A stretch of 64,000 nt of DNA from Coriobacteriia bacterium (GTDB lineage Bacteria; Actinomycetota; Coriobacteriia; Coriobacteriales; UMGS124): NCBI GenBank assembly GCA_018368455.1, contig JAGZEG010000004.1, forward strand, positions 19,617 through 83,616, given 5' to 3'. Shown here in pieces: positions 1-9,828 of this stretch. Both the position numbers and the translations under genes were made by a program. Positions within the stretch are counted from its first letter, which is position 1. Each line of letters opens with the position of its first letter. The notes beneath the pieces were generated by a model. That model was not told where the DNA came from. It searched no databases and saw nothing but the letters and a program-made list of their open reading frames with translations.

Positions 1-699
1 GCTGAGGTCGAGCTCATCAACCGGACGCGCGAAGTCAAGCGGCAGCTCGAGGAACAGCAGGCGGCGCTCGAGGCCCAATATGCCGAGCTTGACGGCCTGC
101 GCCAGGAGCAGGAGGCGCAGCTCGCCGACATGGAGGCGCGCCAGAACGACGCTTACGTGCTGTTGAGCGGCCTTGATGCCGAAGTGCAGGCGCTGACGGA
201 GCAGTACAACCAGGAGCTTATCGCCCAGGCTCAGGCAGCTGCGGAGGCGCAAGCCGCCGCTGAGGCGGCAGCCGCCGCAGCGGCGGGCTCGGGCGGCGGG
301 AGCAGCGTCGTCACGGGATCGGGCTCGGCGAGCGCCGTCGTCAATGCGTGCTACGCGACGCCCTCGCCGGGGGCGGGCTACTGCGCGGCATGGGTGACGA
401 ACGTGTTCCTCAACGCGGGCATCGGCGGCTTTTACGGTGATGCGTGCGACATGTATGCGTCGTGGTGCTACAGCTCGGATCGTGGCTCGCTACAGCCGGG
501 CATGATCGTGGCCGTCTCGTCGCACAGCCACACGGCCGCTGGCCAGGTGTACGGCCACATCGGCATCTACGTGGGCGGCGGCACGCTCATGGACAACATC
601 GGCAGCATTCGCAGCATCGACGTTGACAGCTGGATCTCGTACTACGGCGACACGGTGACGCCCCGCTGGGGCTGGCTCGGCGGCGTCGCGCTCGGGTAG
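1..699 (+). CDS. Cell-wall hydrolase, 5'-partial: coiled-coil N-terminal part plus C-terminal NlpC/P60- or CHAP-like cysteine peptidase domain
   Basis: Frame 1 is open from nt 1 (AEVELINRTREVKRQLEEQQAALEAQYAELDGL...), so the gene starts upstream of the window. An Ala/Gln/Glu-rich coiled coil and Gly/Ser linker are followed by 'GYCAAWVTNVF' (candidate catalytic Cys) and 'GHIGIYVGGG' (candidate His), as in PcsB-like hydrolases. Confidence 0.6.
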   Translation, partial: AEVELINRTREVKRQLEEQQAALEAQYAELDGLRQEQEAQLADMEARQNDAYVLLSGLDAEVQALTEQYNQELIAQAQAAAEAQAAAEAAAAAAAGSGGGSSVVTGSGSASAVVNACYATPSPGAGYCAAWVTNVFLNAGIGGFYGDACDMYASWCYSSDRGSLQPGMIVAVSSHSHTAAGQVYGHIGIYVGGGTLMDNIGSIRSIDVDSWISYYGDTVTPRWGWLGGVALG

Positions 700-732
700 G
701 GGTGGGGCGGGCGTTCGTCAGCCGGCTCGGAC

Positions 733-2352
733 CTAGGGGAGAGCGGGGCTGCTCGCGTCGATGAGGGCTACGAGCTCCTCTCGGCTGTGGACGCTGGCCT
801 TGCGATAGATGCGCCGCGTGTGCGACTTGAGCGTTCCGGGCGCGATGCAGAGCTCCCGCTCGATGTCGCTGGGCCCTTTGCCCTGCGCAAGCAGTTGAAG
901 CACCTCCCTTTCGCGTGGGCTCAAGCCGATCCGCGCGGCTAGCTCCTCGCAGGCTTGCCCGAGCACGTCCTGCTCGCTGCGGCCCGCGCCACCTGTCAGC
1001 TCCTCCATGCCGAACAGCGCTGCGCCCCAGCGTGCGTACTCGCGCTCTGTCAGCAGGACGACGCTTGCGACGATGACGAGGATGACGAGCGCTACGAGCA
1101 CCGCTGGGCTGTCAGGGGCCAGCGGCACTAACCCGCGATCCAGCGCCAGCCCCACGCCGTGCCCACCCAGGCTTGTGAGCATGATGAGCTCCTGGATGCT
1201 GCAAAGAAATGCTGCGGACACGCCATAGCGATGTGCCAAGTCGCACAGCAACACGGTGAGCACGAGGAACATCAGCGCGTAGCCCACGCATACGAGCAGA
1301 TCGGCGACGCCGCTGCCCGTCGACAGCGAGGCAAACGTCACGAGCAGCCCGCAGCTCATAAGTACGAACGGCGTGCGGTAGAGATACGTGAAGTCAAACC
1401 GGTGCGAGAAGAAGTACACAAGGCAGAAAAGCGTCATCGATGACAGGAGCACGCCCATGGTAAGCATTCCATCGGCGAAGGGGGCGCTTGCCTGACGCAC
1501 GCCAAGCACGAACTCGTAGACGCCTAGGGCAATAGCGAGGCGCCAGGGGAACTGAACGGCGTGTGTAAAGCCGCCAGGCCGCTCCGATGGGGGGATGCTT
1601 GTGAGCCCCCAGCGTAAGCAGATGTGGGAGAGAATGGGCAGCGCAAGTAAGGCCAGCGCGAGGCGCATGCCGTTCAGGCCGCCGATGAGCCATCCGAGCA
1701 GCGAGCCGAACAGAAAGCCTCCGGCGACATAGAGCACGATGAGAAACGAGCCGAAGCAACTTTGGAGCTCGGCCCACAGCAGGATGCCAAGCGCGATGCC
1801 AAACCCCACGACCAAACCGCCGATCAGGGCGAGCGGCAACGCGGCGCTTTGGGCAAGAGGTTCGCTGCCGGATGGGCCTGCCACGCTCGAAAGAGTGCCT
1901 ACCGCCAGAATGAGCCCTGCCCCGGCGACCATGAGAGCCGTTGCAATCGTCGCGGCGGAGCGACGGTCGCTGAGGGGTAAGAAGCGCCGCCCCGCCGCGA
2001 CGCAGGCGACGAATGCGGGCACCATGCCGATGACGACGATGTCCGGTCCAAGCCATGTGACCCCAGATATACCTGACAGGATGGTTGCGATTTGCCCGGA
2101 TGCGACGTCGTAGAACGCGCGGACAAACGCAAAGCCGAACAGGCATGGAGACAGGAGGCGCAGCTCGGTGAGCCGCCGTCCGACGCGACCTGGGGCGTCG
2201 CTTCCGGGGGGCACGTTGCTGCTCACCGGTATGGCCCGCCGTTCCTGCACGGGGATCGTGCTTGCGGGCAGGCTGTCTGCCTGGGCGGGCACCGGCGAGG
2301 CGCCCCGCATGTCGACGGGGCTGGCGGGGCTTGCGGTGCTGCCGTGGCGCAT
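733..2352 (-). CDS. Membrane-integrated LuxR-family transcriptional regulator (polytopic N-terminal domain plus C-terminal LuxR HTH)
   Basis: The C-terminus 'LSPREREVLQLLAQGKGPSDIERELCIAPGTLKSHTRRIYRKASVHSREELVALI' is a LuxR/GerE HTH. About 400 aa of hydrophobic helices precede it. RBS 'aaaggag' lies upstream of the ATG at 2352. It is divergent from the reductase gene at 2577. Confidence 0.85.
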   Translation of the reverse strand: MRHGSTASPASPVDMRGASPVPAQADSLPASTIPVQERRAIPVSSNVPPGSDAPGRVGRRLTELRLLSPCLFGFAFVRAFYDVASGQIATILSGISGVTWLGPDIVVIGMVPAFVACVAAGRRFLPLSDRRSAATIATALMVAGAGLILAVGTLSSVAGPSGSEPLAQSAALPLALIGGLVVGFGIALGILLWAELQSCFGSFLIVLYVAGGFLFGSLLGWLIGGLNGMRLALALLALPILSHICLRWGLTSIPPSERPGGFTHAVQFPWRLAIALGVYEFVLGVRQASAPFADGMLTMGVLLSSMTLFCLVYFFSHRFDFTYLYRTPFVLMSCGLLVTFASLSTGSGVADLLVCVGYALMFLVLTVLLCDLAHRYGVSAAFLCSIQELIMLTSLGGHGVGLALDRGLVPLAPDSPAVLVALVILVIVASVVLLTEREYARWGAALFGMEELTGGAGRSEQDVLGQACEELAARIGLSPREREVLQLLAQGKGPSDIERELCIAPGTLKSHTRRIYRKASVHSREELVALIDASSPALP

Positions 2353-2576
2353 GACGGTGACTCCTTTCGTGGCGCACCACCTCTGAGCTGGGCGGTTTAC
2401 ATCTCAGGTTACAAGGTTACCACTGGGTGCATCCCGCGTTGATGCTGACGGGACGACTGTGTGCTGCCTACTGTGGGAGCCGTACCGCAGCGGGACACGT
2501 GCGGCGCCGTTGCGCCTGCCTGACATGGTGCTTACGTCCCGTTCGCACATCTTGCCATGTATGTTGAATCGAAAGG

Positions 2577-4550
2577 ATGTTGCCCACCATGATCCGCTCA
2601 AACCAGCTTTCGAACATCTCGCGCCGTGACCTCGTTGCCGCTTCCTCTATCGCTGGCGTTTCCGTCGCCCTGTTCGGCCTGCCGGGCCTTGCTCGCGCTG
2701 CCGAGGGTCCGGCTGCCGGCGACGCCTCGTCCTCGTATGTGCCGGGTACGTACCATGCGAGTGCCGAGGGCAAGTTCGGCCCCATTGCTGTGGACGTGAC
2801 GTTTTCCGAGACGGCCATCACGGGCGTGATTGTGGGCGAGCACGAGGAAACGGCCTTCATCTCTGATCGCGCGCTCCAGGAGATTCCCGCTGCCATTGTC
2901 GAGCGCCAGACGCTTGACATCGATTCCATCACGGGCGCGACGCTGACGAGCTCCGCTCTCGTACGCGCCGTAAGCGACTGTGTTGAACAGGCCGGTGGCG
3001 ATCCGGCCGCGCTCTCTGGCGCTTCGTCTGACTCGGAGCCCGCTGGCGCCGCTCCGGTCGAGCAGGAGCTGGAAGCCGACGTCGTCATTGTGGGTGCTGG
3101 CGCCTCGGGCATGGTCGCGGCGATCTCGGCGGCGCGCATGGGTGCGAGCAAGGTCATTCTGCTCGAGAAGAGCTGCAACGTCGGCGGCAACGCGCTCGTC
3201 TCCGGCGGCTACCTCGAGTACGTTAACGCTCCCGACGAGCTGCGCGAGGACATGACGCCGAGCTATGAGGCTGAGCTCGCTGACGAGCTCGCCCAAGCGC
3301 CCGACTATCTGCCGGCGGAGGATCTTGAGAAGCTGATGGCCGAGTACGAGGCGTGGAAGGAGTCGGGCAGTACGAAGGTGTTCGACAGCATCTATCTCCA
3401 TGCACTGCAGTACGCGCTCCAGGGTGAGGGCAGCTATGACGAGATGCTCAAGACGGCAGAGAACATCGCCGCGCTCGACGAGTGGCTCGTTTCGGAGGAC
3501 TTTGGCTTTAAGAGCCTGTGCGGCATCGTCGGTTACTCGTGGCCGCGCTGGACGTCTCCGAAGCAGGGCGTGTGCGGCCAGGGCTACTTTACGTTCTACG
3601 CTGACGAGATCGAGCGCAACGCCTATCCTGTCGAGATCTATCTCAATACGCCGGCGACGGAGCTTATCGTCGAAGATGGCACGGTGGCGGGCGTCGTGGC
3701 ACAGGGTGAGGACGGTACGACGTATCGCGTGCGCGGCGCGCAGGGCGTCATCCTGGCGACGGGTGGATTCTCGGGCAGTCCGGACATGCTGCGCGAGTAC
3801 AACACGATGTGGCCGTTCAAGGAGGATGAGTACATCCCGACGACGAACTGCTATGGCCACACGGGCGACGGCATCACGATGGGCCTGGCGGCGGGCGGTA
3901 CCGTGGCGCTTATGGACGTGCAGATGCCGTTCCCGATGGCTGACTGCAAAAACTGGACGGACGAGACGACCGTCGGTGACGACGTCGATTGCGTCATCGT
4001 GAACAAGGAAGGCAAGCGCTTCATGAACGAGGTGCTCGACCGCTATACGATGACCGAGAACATCATGGCGCAGACCGACCAGATGATGTTCATGGTGACG
4101 GACGCCGACACGTGCCGCGTCGATGGCGAAAACAACCGCTATGGCCACAGCCTGCAGCGCCTTATTGACCAGGGACAGCTCTACCGTGCTGACACGCTTG
4201 AGGAACTTGCCGAACAGATGGGCTGTGACCCTGCCGTGCTTGTCGATACGGTCGAGCGCTACAACGAGGCTGCGCGCTCCGGCGAGGACCCCGAGTTCGG
4301 CCGCACGACGTTCTCCGAGCTGAGCCCCGTCGAGAAGGCTCCGTTCTACGCGTCTCCACGTACGTGGGCCATGCACATCACCGTCGGTGGCCTCGTCGTG
4401 GATATCCACGACGGTTACAAGGTGCTCGACGAGGCGGGCCAGCCGATTCCCGGCCTGCGCGCCATCGGCGAAACGATCGTCGGCAGCTGCGGCATTGGCG
4501 TTCAGGGCGAGGGCCTGGCCGTCGCGAAGGCGATGTTCATGGAGCGCTAA
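2577..4550 (+). CDS. Tat-exported flavoprotein reductase: N-terminal FMN_bind domain plus FAD-binding fumarate/urocanate-reductase-like domain
   Basis: Twin-arginine signal 'SRRDLVAASSIAGVSVALFGLPGLARA'. FMN_bind flavinylation-type motif 'DSITGATLTS'. Dinucleotide fold 'VVIVGAGASGMVAAISAARMG...LLEKSCNVGGNALVSGG'. The start could also be the ATG at 2589. Confidence 0.85.
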   Translation: MLPTMIRSNQLSNISRRDLVAASSIAGVSVALFGLPGLARAAEGPAAGDASSSYVPGTYHASAEGKFGPIAVDVTFSETAITGVIVGEHEETAFISDRALQEIPAAIVERQTLDIDSITGATLTSSALVRAVSDCVEQAGGDPAALSGASSDSEPAGAAPVEQELEADVVIVGAGASGMVAAISAARMGASKVILLEKSCNVGGNALVSGGYLEYVNAPDELREDMTPSYEAELADELAQAPDYLPAEDLEKLMAEYEAWKESGSTKVFDSIYLHALQYALQGEGSYDEMLKTAENIAALDEWLVSEDFGFKSLCGIVGYSWPRWTSPKQGVCGQGYFTFYADEIERNAYPVEIYLNTPATELIVEDGTVAGVVAQGEDGTTYRVRGAQGVILATGGFSGSPDMLREYNTMWPFKEDEYIPTTNCYGHTGDGITMGLAAGGTVALMDVQMPFPMADCKNWTDETTVGDDVDCVIVNKEGKRFMNEVLDRYTMTENIMAQTDQMMFMVTDADTCRVDGENNRYGHSLQRLIDQGQLYRADTLEELAEQMGCDPAVLVDTVERYNEAARSGEDPEFGRTTFSELSPVEKAPFYASPRTWAMHITVGGLVVDIHDGYKVLDEAGQPIPGLRAIGETIVGSCGIGVQGEGLAVAKAMFMER

Positions 4551-4576
4551 GCCACTGAACGCGGTAGGGTGCTGAC

Positions 4577-4628
4577 GGGCACCCCGGCACAGCCTTCTGC
4601 GGCCTGCCGGGGTGCCCGCTTGTGTTTC
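4577..4628 (+). terminator. Intrinsic terminator after the reductase gene
   Basis: GC-rich hairpin GGGCACCCCGGCA...TGCCGGGGTGCCC followed by a T-rich tail (gcttgtgttt). Confidence 0.6.
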
Positions 4629-4892
4629 GGCCCAACGGATCGCTTCTGCGAGGCCTTTTCGCCGTTGGACTCTTGCTTGCCCGTCATGGCGCGATGGGGG
4701 AGTTGTGGTTGTGCGCTGGCGCGTGCGGCTCGTGGTGGATAATGGAAGCGTGCCGTCCGCCGGCGTGCGGGGCACGGAATGTTGATCGAGGTGTTGACGA
4801 ATATCGGCAATTGCAGAAGGGGCGTCGCGCGGCGAGGCCGCTGCCTCCCGTGCGTGTGCAATGCCGATTGCCGTGGAAGGCGGGGCGAAGGG

Positions 4893-7292
4893 ATGACGCA
4901 GGCGGAAAAGCCGACGGTGAGGAGTCGCTACGTGGCGGCGCATGCGCACCGGGAGGAGGGCGCAAGCCAGGCCGAGACCGGGCGCTCCTCCTCTGGCGAT
5001 GGCCTCTACGCTAGTCGCTCCCGCCGCTCGACGCTTTATGGCGACGAGCCCCGTCCTCGCGGCGCTCGCTATGACGTGCCCCCCGCCTCGTCTGCCGGAA
5101 CGAATGCCGGCGGGGTTTCGGGCGCCCGTTCTGCGCAGACAACCCCCAACAATGCCGCTCGTCCATATGCTCGCCCCGCCGGCGGTAGTTTCACGCCGCG
5201 CGCGGGCGCCCCTGCCCCTGTGCCCGCCGGGCGCCGCTTTGCCCCGCGTGGCAGTAGCGCTCCCGCCGCGCACGCCGCTTCGGCTTCCTCTCGGCGCGTC
5301 ACGTCGCTTGAGGGTCTGCGCACACTCGCCATCCTGTCGGTCGTCGCCTACCACCTGGGCCTTTCGTGGCTGCCGAGCGGCCACATGGGCGTCGTCATGT
5401 TCCTCGTGCTCAGCGGCTACCTCGTGACGTGCTCCGTCGTGCGCGGCTTCGAGCGGGCACGCGATCGTGCCCAGGCCGACGGGACGGTTTTGCGCTTCGG
5501 CGCGGGGCTCGGCGCGTTCTGGTGGCGCCGCTTCAAGCGCATCTGGCCACCCATGATCGCGATGATCGTGCTCGTCGCCTTACTGTGCATTGCGTTTAAC
5601 CACGTGCTGCTCACGAAGATGCGCCCCGACATCGCGCCCGCGCTGCTGGGCTTCGAGAACATCTGGTACATCGTCCACGGCCTGTCGTATTTCGAGCAGA
5701 TCGGGGCGCCTTCGCCGCTGACGCACCTGTGGTACGTCGGCCTCGATGCCCAGCTCTGCGTCGTGGTGCCCCTGCTACTGAGCGCCTTTCTGTACGCCGG
5801 GGCGAGTCGTTCGACTATTCGTCGCGTCTTCCTGGGGCTCGCCCTGGTCTCCGCCGTTCTCATGGGCGTGCTGTTCGACCCGAACGCCGACCCGAGCCGC
5901 GTGTACTACGGGCCGGACACGCGTGCTTTCGCCGTGCTTATCGGCGCGTGGCTGGGCCTCGCGTGGCCCGTCGGCGGCCTGCCGGTGGCGGGGCGCGGCG
6001 CCTTGCTGCGCCTGGGTGCCCGAGGTGTGGCGGCTCTCGGCGGCGTGGCTTTGCTTGGTCTCGTCGCGATTATGGTGTTCGTGCCGAGCGATGCGGCGTT
6101 TTTCTACTACGGGGGCATGGTGCTCGTATGCCTGCTGACGGTGGTGCTGCTCGTCGCCCTGCTCAGCCCGTCCAACCCGTTGGAGCGCCTGTTCTCGCTG
6201 AAGCCCCTCGCGTGGCTGGGCGCGCGCTCCTATGCGCTCTACCTGTGGCACTATCCCCTCATCTACCTGGTGGGGGCAGACGGACCGGCTCCGTGGTGGC
6301 TCAAGCTGCTTGCCGTGGTCCTGTCGGTGGGCGCTGCCGAGGCGACGTGGCTGCTCGTGGAGCGTCCCCTTTCCGGCGGGCGTGTGGCGGCCGGTGTCAC
6401 GCAGTTTGCTGGCTGGGTGCGCCGAGGCCCGCTGCCTGCCGCGGGGACGTTTGCGGCGACGGGCGTCTGCGGTGCCGTGACGCTTGCGGCGCTCGTGGGA
6501 TGTCTTGTCGTGCCCGACAAGGTGCTCGTTCCGAAGGACGCCATCGTGAGCACGGGCGAGGCGGCGGGTCGCGGCATGGACCTTTCCGATCGTGCTCCCG
6601 GGGCGGCTGACGATTCTGCTGTGGACGATGCCGGCGTCCCTGTCGCGGAAGCGCCAGAGGCCACGCCCATCGTCGAGGCACCTATCGCCCCCGACGACGT
6701 CGTGCTGCCTGACGGGTACTTCTCGCTGCAGGCGTCGGACGGCGAGCAGACGGCCGGTCAGTACGACCCCGTGCTCGTCGGTGATTCCGTGCCGGGCGAC
6801 ACGAACTTCTACGACGTGTTCTTTGGCGGCTTCATCGACAGCTACATCGGTCGCCACCCGTTCCAGGCCGTCGACGTGCTGCAGGACTACCTCGACCAGG
6901 GTGTCGTGGGCCACGTCGTCGTGCTCGCTGTGTTCTCAAACAGTCTGGCGACGGCGGAGCAACTCGACCAGCTCGTGGCCGAGGCAGGCCCTGATCGCCA
7001 GGTTTACCTTGTGGGCACCGTGAACCCTGACGGCTTCCAGGACGAGGCCAACGCCGCGCTCATGGACTGCGCCTCGCGCTACGACAACGTGCACTACGTG
7101 GACTGGCCGGCCGTGTGCGCGGGCTATGAGGACGTCTACCTCTACCCCGATGGCACGCACCTCACGCCCGACGGCGCCCCTGTCTACCTCGACATGATCG
7201 CGCGCGCCATCGCCGGCGACGTCGTGGCTGCCGGCGGCTCGATCATCCCGTGGGACGACCCTGCAGCTGAGGATCCGGCTGCGGTGGCATAG
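4893..7292 (+). CDS. Acyltransferase family 3 (OafA/YrhL-like) membrane O-acyltransferase with C-terminal SGNH-like domain
   Basis: 'LRTLAILSVVAYHLGLSWLPSGHMGVVMFLVLSGYLVT' is the AT3 signature. Multiple TM helices follow, then a soluble C-terminal domain ('VLVGDSVPGD...'). The start is placed at ATG 4893 after the purine-rich 'ggaaggcggggcgaaggg'; the track ORF begins at 4779. Confidence 0.8.
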   Translation: MTQAEKPTVRSRYVAAHAHREEGASQAETGRSSSGDGLYASRSRRSTLYGDEPRPRGARYDVPPASSAGTNAGGVSGARSAQTTPNNAARPYARPAGGSFTPRAGAPAPVPAGRRFAPRGSSAPAAHAASASSRRVTSLEGLRTLAILSVVAYHLGLSWLPSGHMGVVMFLVLSGYLVTCSVVRGFERARDRAQADGTVLRFGAGLGAFWWRRFKRIWPPMIAMIVLVALLCIAFNHVLLTKMRPDIAPALLGFENIWYIVHGLSYFEQIGAPSPLTHLWYVGLDAQLCVVVPLLLSAFLYAGASRSTIRRVFLGLALVSAVLMGVLFDPNADPSRVYYGPDTRAFAVLIGAWLGLAWPVGGLPVAGRGALLRLGARGVAALGGVALLGLVAIMVFVPSDAAFFYYGGMVLVCLLTVVLLVALLSPSNPLERLFSLKPLAWLGARSYALYLWHYPLIYLVGADGPAPWWLKLLAVVLSVGAAEATWLLVERPLSGGRVAAGVTQFAGWVRRGPLPAAGTFAATGVCGAVTLAALVGCLVVPDKVLVPKDAIVSTGEAAGRGMDLSDRAPGAADDSAVDDAGVPVAEAPEATPIVEAPIAPDDVVLPDGYFSLQASDGEQTAGQYDPVLVGDSVPGDTNFYDVFFGGFIDSYIGRHPFQAVDVLQDYLDQGVVGHVVVLAVFSNSLATAEQLDQLVAEAGPDRQVYLVGTVNPDGFQDEANAALMDCASRYDNVHYVDWPAVCAGYEDVYLYPDGTHLTPDGAPVYLDMIARAIAGDVVAAGGSIIPWDDPAAEDPAAVA

Positions 7293-7464
7293 CGCGGGGC
7301 AGTGAGTTCGCTGCTCGGCATGGCATGGCAGGGATTATGCGCCTCTGTTGGGGTAGGATGAAACGTACTGCCGACGTCTTCCTTGTGCGCTGCCGATCGG
7401 GTGCGCGCGCAACGGCGTTGGATCCGGCGAGGGACCGCACGCGACCGCAACCAGGGGGCACCGC

Positions 7465-8424
7465 ATGATCGAATATTACAAGACGAGCCTCACGGGCGTT
7501 ACGGAGCGCGTCACTTCTCCGGAGCGCGGCTGCTGGATCAATGTCGTCCAGCCGACGGAGCGAGAGCGCGCCTGGCTCCAGAACGAGGCGGGCATCGTCC
7601 CTGAGTTCGTCCGCTCGGCACTCGATGAGGAGGAGAGCTCGCACATCGACTACGATGACGATGCCGACCAGGTGCTCATCATCGTGGACTGCCCCTCTGT
7701 CGAGGACGAGCAGGAGAAAGAGACACCCACGCTCACGCAGTACGACACGCAGCCCCTCTCGGTGCTGTTCCTGCGCGATAAGGGCATGCTTGTCACGATC
7801 AGCCTGCACGGCAGCGTCATCGTTGACGACTTCGCCGCGGGCCGCGTGCGCCAGATCGACACGACGCGCCGCGCCCGCTTCCTGCTGCAGTTGCTTTTGC
7901 GCATCTCCCAGCAGTACCTCGTCTACCTGCGCAGCATCGACCGCCAGTTCTCCAAGGCCGAAAAGCAACTGCACGCCACCATGCGCAACGAGGAGCTCAT
8001 CAAGATGCTCGGCCTCGAGAAGTCGCTCGTCTACTTCTCCATCTCGCTCAAGGCTGACGAGACGACACTCAACCGCATCATGGGCGGGCGCATCATCAAG
8101 CTCTACGAGGAGGACCAGGAGCTACTCGATGACGTCCTCATCGAGATCCACCAGGCCATGGAGATGTGCAAGATCTACTCGGACATTCTCACGAAGACGA
8201 TGGACGCGTTCAGCAGCGTCATCAGCAACAACCTGAACAACGTCATGCGCGTGCTCACGACGATCACGATCGTCATGGCCATCCCCACGATCATCTTCAG
8301 CTTCTACGGTATGAACGTGGGCGACCTGCCCGAGTCTTCGACGTGGCTGTTCCCAGCGCTGCTCTCGCTCGTGCTCTGCGTTATCGCCGTCGTGTTCTTC
8401 TGGCGCAAGAACATGCTCAAGTAG
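7465..8424 (+). CDS. corA: CorA-family magnesium/cobalt transporter
   Basis: C-terminal two TM helices with the 'FYGMNV' (GMN) signature; approx 319 aa, typical CorA size. Confidence 0.85.
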   Translation: MIEYYKTSLTGVTERVTSPERGCWINVVQPTERERAWLQNEAGIVPEFVRSALDEEESSHIDYDDDADQVLIIVDCPSVEDEQEKETPTLTQYDTQPLSVLFLRDKGMLVTISLHGSVIVDDFAAGRVRQIDTTRRARFLLQLLLRISQQYLVYLRSIDRQFSKAEKQLHATMRNEELIKMLGLEKSLVYFSISLKADETTLNRIMGGRIIKLYEEDQELLDDVLIEIHQAMEMCKIYSDILTKTMDAFSSVISNNLNNVMRVLTTITIVMAIPTIIFSFYGMNVGDLPESSTWLFPALLSLVLCVIAVVFFWRKNMLK

Positions 8425-8535
8425 GGAAGCCTGTTCCGAGGGCTTGTGCTCTGGATATGTCTGTTGGTCTTGTAGTTTAACGATAAACGATATATTCTTA
8501 TCGTGTACCGATAATCATTGACGAGGAGGTGCACG

Positions 8536-9288
8536 ATGGCCGACAGGTGGAGCAAGGCGTTCGGCGACATGCCAAAGGGGCGCGGCCCGGTTGTGGCTCG
8601 GCTCAAGAAGACGTGCACGCTGATGCAGGGGTTCTGCCTGACACTGTTCATCATCAGCCTTCTGGGGGTCTTTGCTGTCGCCTCGACAGCTCGGGATATG
8701 CTGATGGGCCCAGGGCCCGACATGGGGGGTCGACCCGCGACGCTCGTCGAGCGGCTCTACCTGAGTGACGAGTCCAATCGCGGGACGACGAACATCGTGG
8801 ACGGCATGGCCTCCATGGACTTCGGCGGCTCCGCTCAGGCCACGCGCGGGGATGTGGCGCAGTCTGGGCAGGTGGGCGATGCGGCGTCCGGACAGGGGGC
8901 GACGCCCACCCCTGTCATCACGAACGACAGCGCACCCGTCCTGCACATCGTGCGCAACCTTTCGATGACTGCTCTATTCATGGCGATGCTGTGGGTCGGC
9001 GCGCGGTTCTTCGGACGCATCGGCAAGACGGGCGAGCCGTTTCGCCCCGAGCGAGCGCGTGATTTGACCACGCTCTCCATGCTGATGATGAGCCTTGCCG
9101 TCGTTCCGGGCCTGCTCGAGGCGGGTACCCTCGCTGTGGGCATCGTCCTGCTTCCCGACGTGAGCTACGATGTGACGTGGGGCGTGTTCAACTACCTGTT
9201 TATGATGTGCTCCATCCTTGTCACGGCGTTCTCGCGCATATTCGCATACGGCTGCCTGCTTCAGGACCAAGACGACGAGCTCGTGTAG
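8536..9288 (+). CDS. DUF2975-like membrane protein
   Basis: Multi-TM protein ending in 'LLQDQDDELV', immediately upstream of a small XRE HTH gene (the common DUF2975/YozG pairing). RBS 'gaggagg' lies upstream of ATG 8536; the track ORF starts at 8518. Confidence 0.55.
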   Translation: MADRWSKAFGDMPKGRGPVVARLKKTCTLMQGFCLTLFIISLLGVFAVASTARDMLMGPGPDMGGRPATLVERLYLSDESNRGTTNIVDGMASMDFGGSAQATRGDVAQSGQVGDAASGQGATPTPVITNDSAPVLHIVRNLSMTALFMAMLWVGARFFGRIGKTGEPFRPERARDLTTLSMLMMSLAVVPGLLEAGTLAVGIVLLPDVSYDVTWGVFNYLFMMCSILVTAFSRIFAYGCLLQDQDDELV

Positions 9289-9297
9289 GGGGCGGCC

Positions 9298-9519
9298 GTG
9301 ATTGTGCTGAGACTCGACCGTGTGCTTGCCGACCGTAAGATCGCCTCGCGCGACCTGGCGCAACTCGTGGGCATTTCCGAGGTGAACATCTCGCGCATCA
9401 AGACGGGCAAGGTGAGTGCTATCCGGTTCTCGACGCTCGACGCTCTCTGCCGCGAGCTTGGCTGCCAGCCCGGCGACTTGCTCGAGTATGTGCCTGACAC
9501 CGAGGGTGGGGAGGGCTAG
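9298..9519 (+). CDS. Small XRE/YozG-like helix-turn-helix transcriptional regulator
   Basis: 'LDRVLADRKIASRDLAQLVGISEVNISRIKTGKVSAIRFSTLDALCRELGCQPGDLLEY' is a Cro/C1-type HTH. 73 aa, 9 nt after the upstream gene. Confidence 0.8.
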   Translation: MIVLRLDRVLADRKIASRDLAQLVGISEVNISRIKTGKVSAIRFSTLDALCRELGCQPGDLLEYVPDTEGGEG

Positions 9520-9828
9520 GGCGCTGCTTTTAGACATCTGGGGACGTTGCTGGCCCCCCAATGCCCATACGATGCCCTGACAATGTGGAGGTACTATCCC
9601 GCCCGGCCAAAGGCGAGCGGTTTTCTTCGGGATACTCCCTACAATGCCCCTTTAACCTGAATAGCCACGGGGCAGTTATACGTTCGGGCGAATCAGCTCA
9701 TGCCTCTTCGCGCGAACGTGCGGCCCCCGTCACGATGGGATGGGTATACATTTATGGCTCGCTTTGCTGATTCATCTGCGGAGTCGCAGGCTCGCAGCAC
9801 GATCTGTGCCCCCGTTCCCTCCGCCCGT

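Noticed and set aside
2598-5384. Very long antisense or overlapping ORFs in the track. Examples: 2598..5384(-) 928 aa, 12215..14734(-) 839 aa, 16856..18565(-), 19176..21335(+) 719 aa, 35515..37002(-), 40703..42244(+), 45056..46570(+), 60732..62879(-) 715 aa.
   Set aside because: Each lies opposite, or out of frame with, a gene that has clear family motifs. Their translations are Arg/Ala/Gly/His-rich low-complexity strings with no recognisable domains. Such shadow ORFs are expected in high-GC DNA where stop codons are rare.
7293-7464. Possible Mg2+ (M-box/ykoK) riboswitch upstream of corA ('GUUGGGGUAGG...ACUGCCGACG').
   Set aside because: Only two short, loose resemblances to the M-box 5' region are present. 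The interval is shorter than a full M-box and lacks the other conserved segments and a terminator. It may be worth a cmscan but is not supportable by eye.
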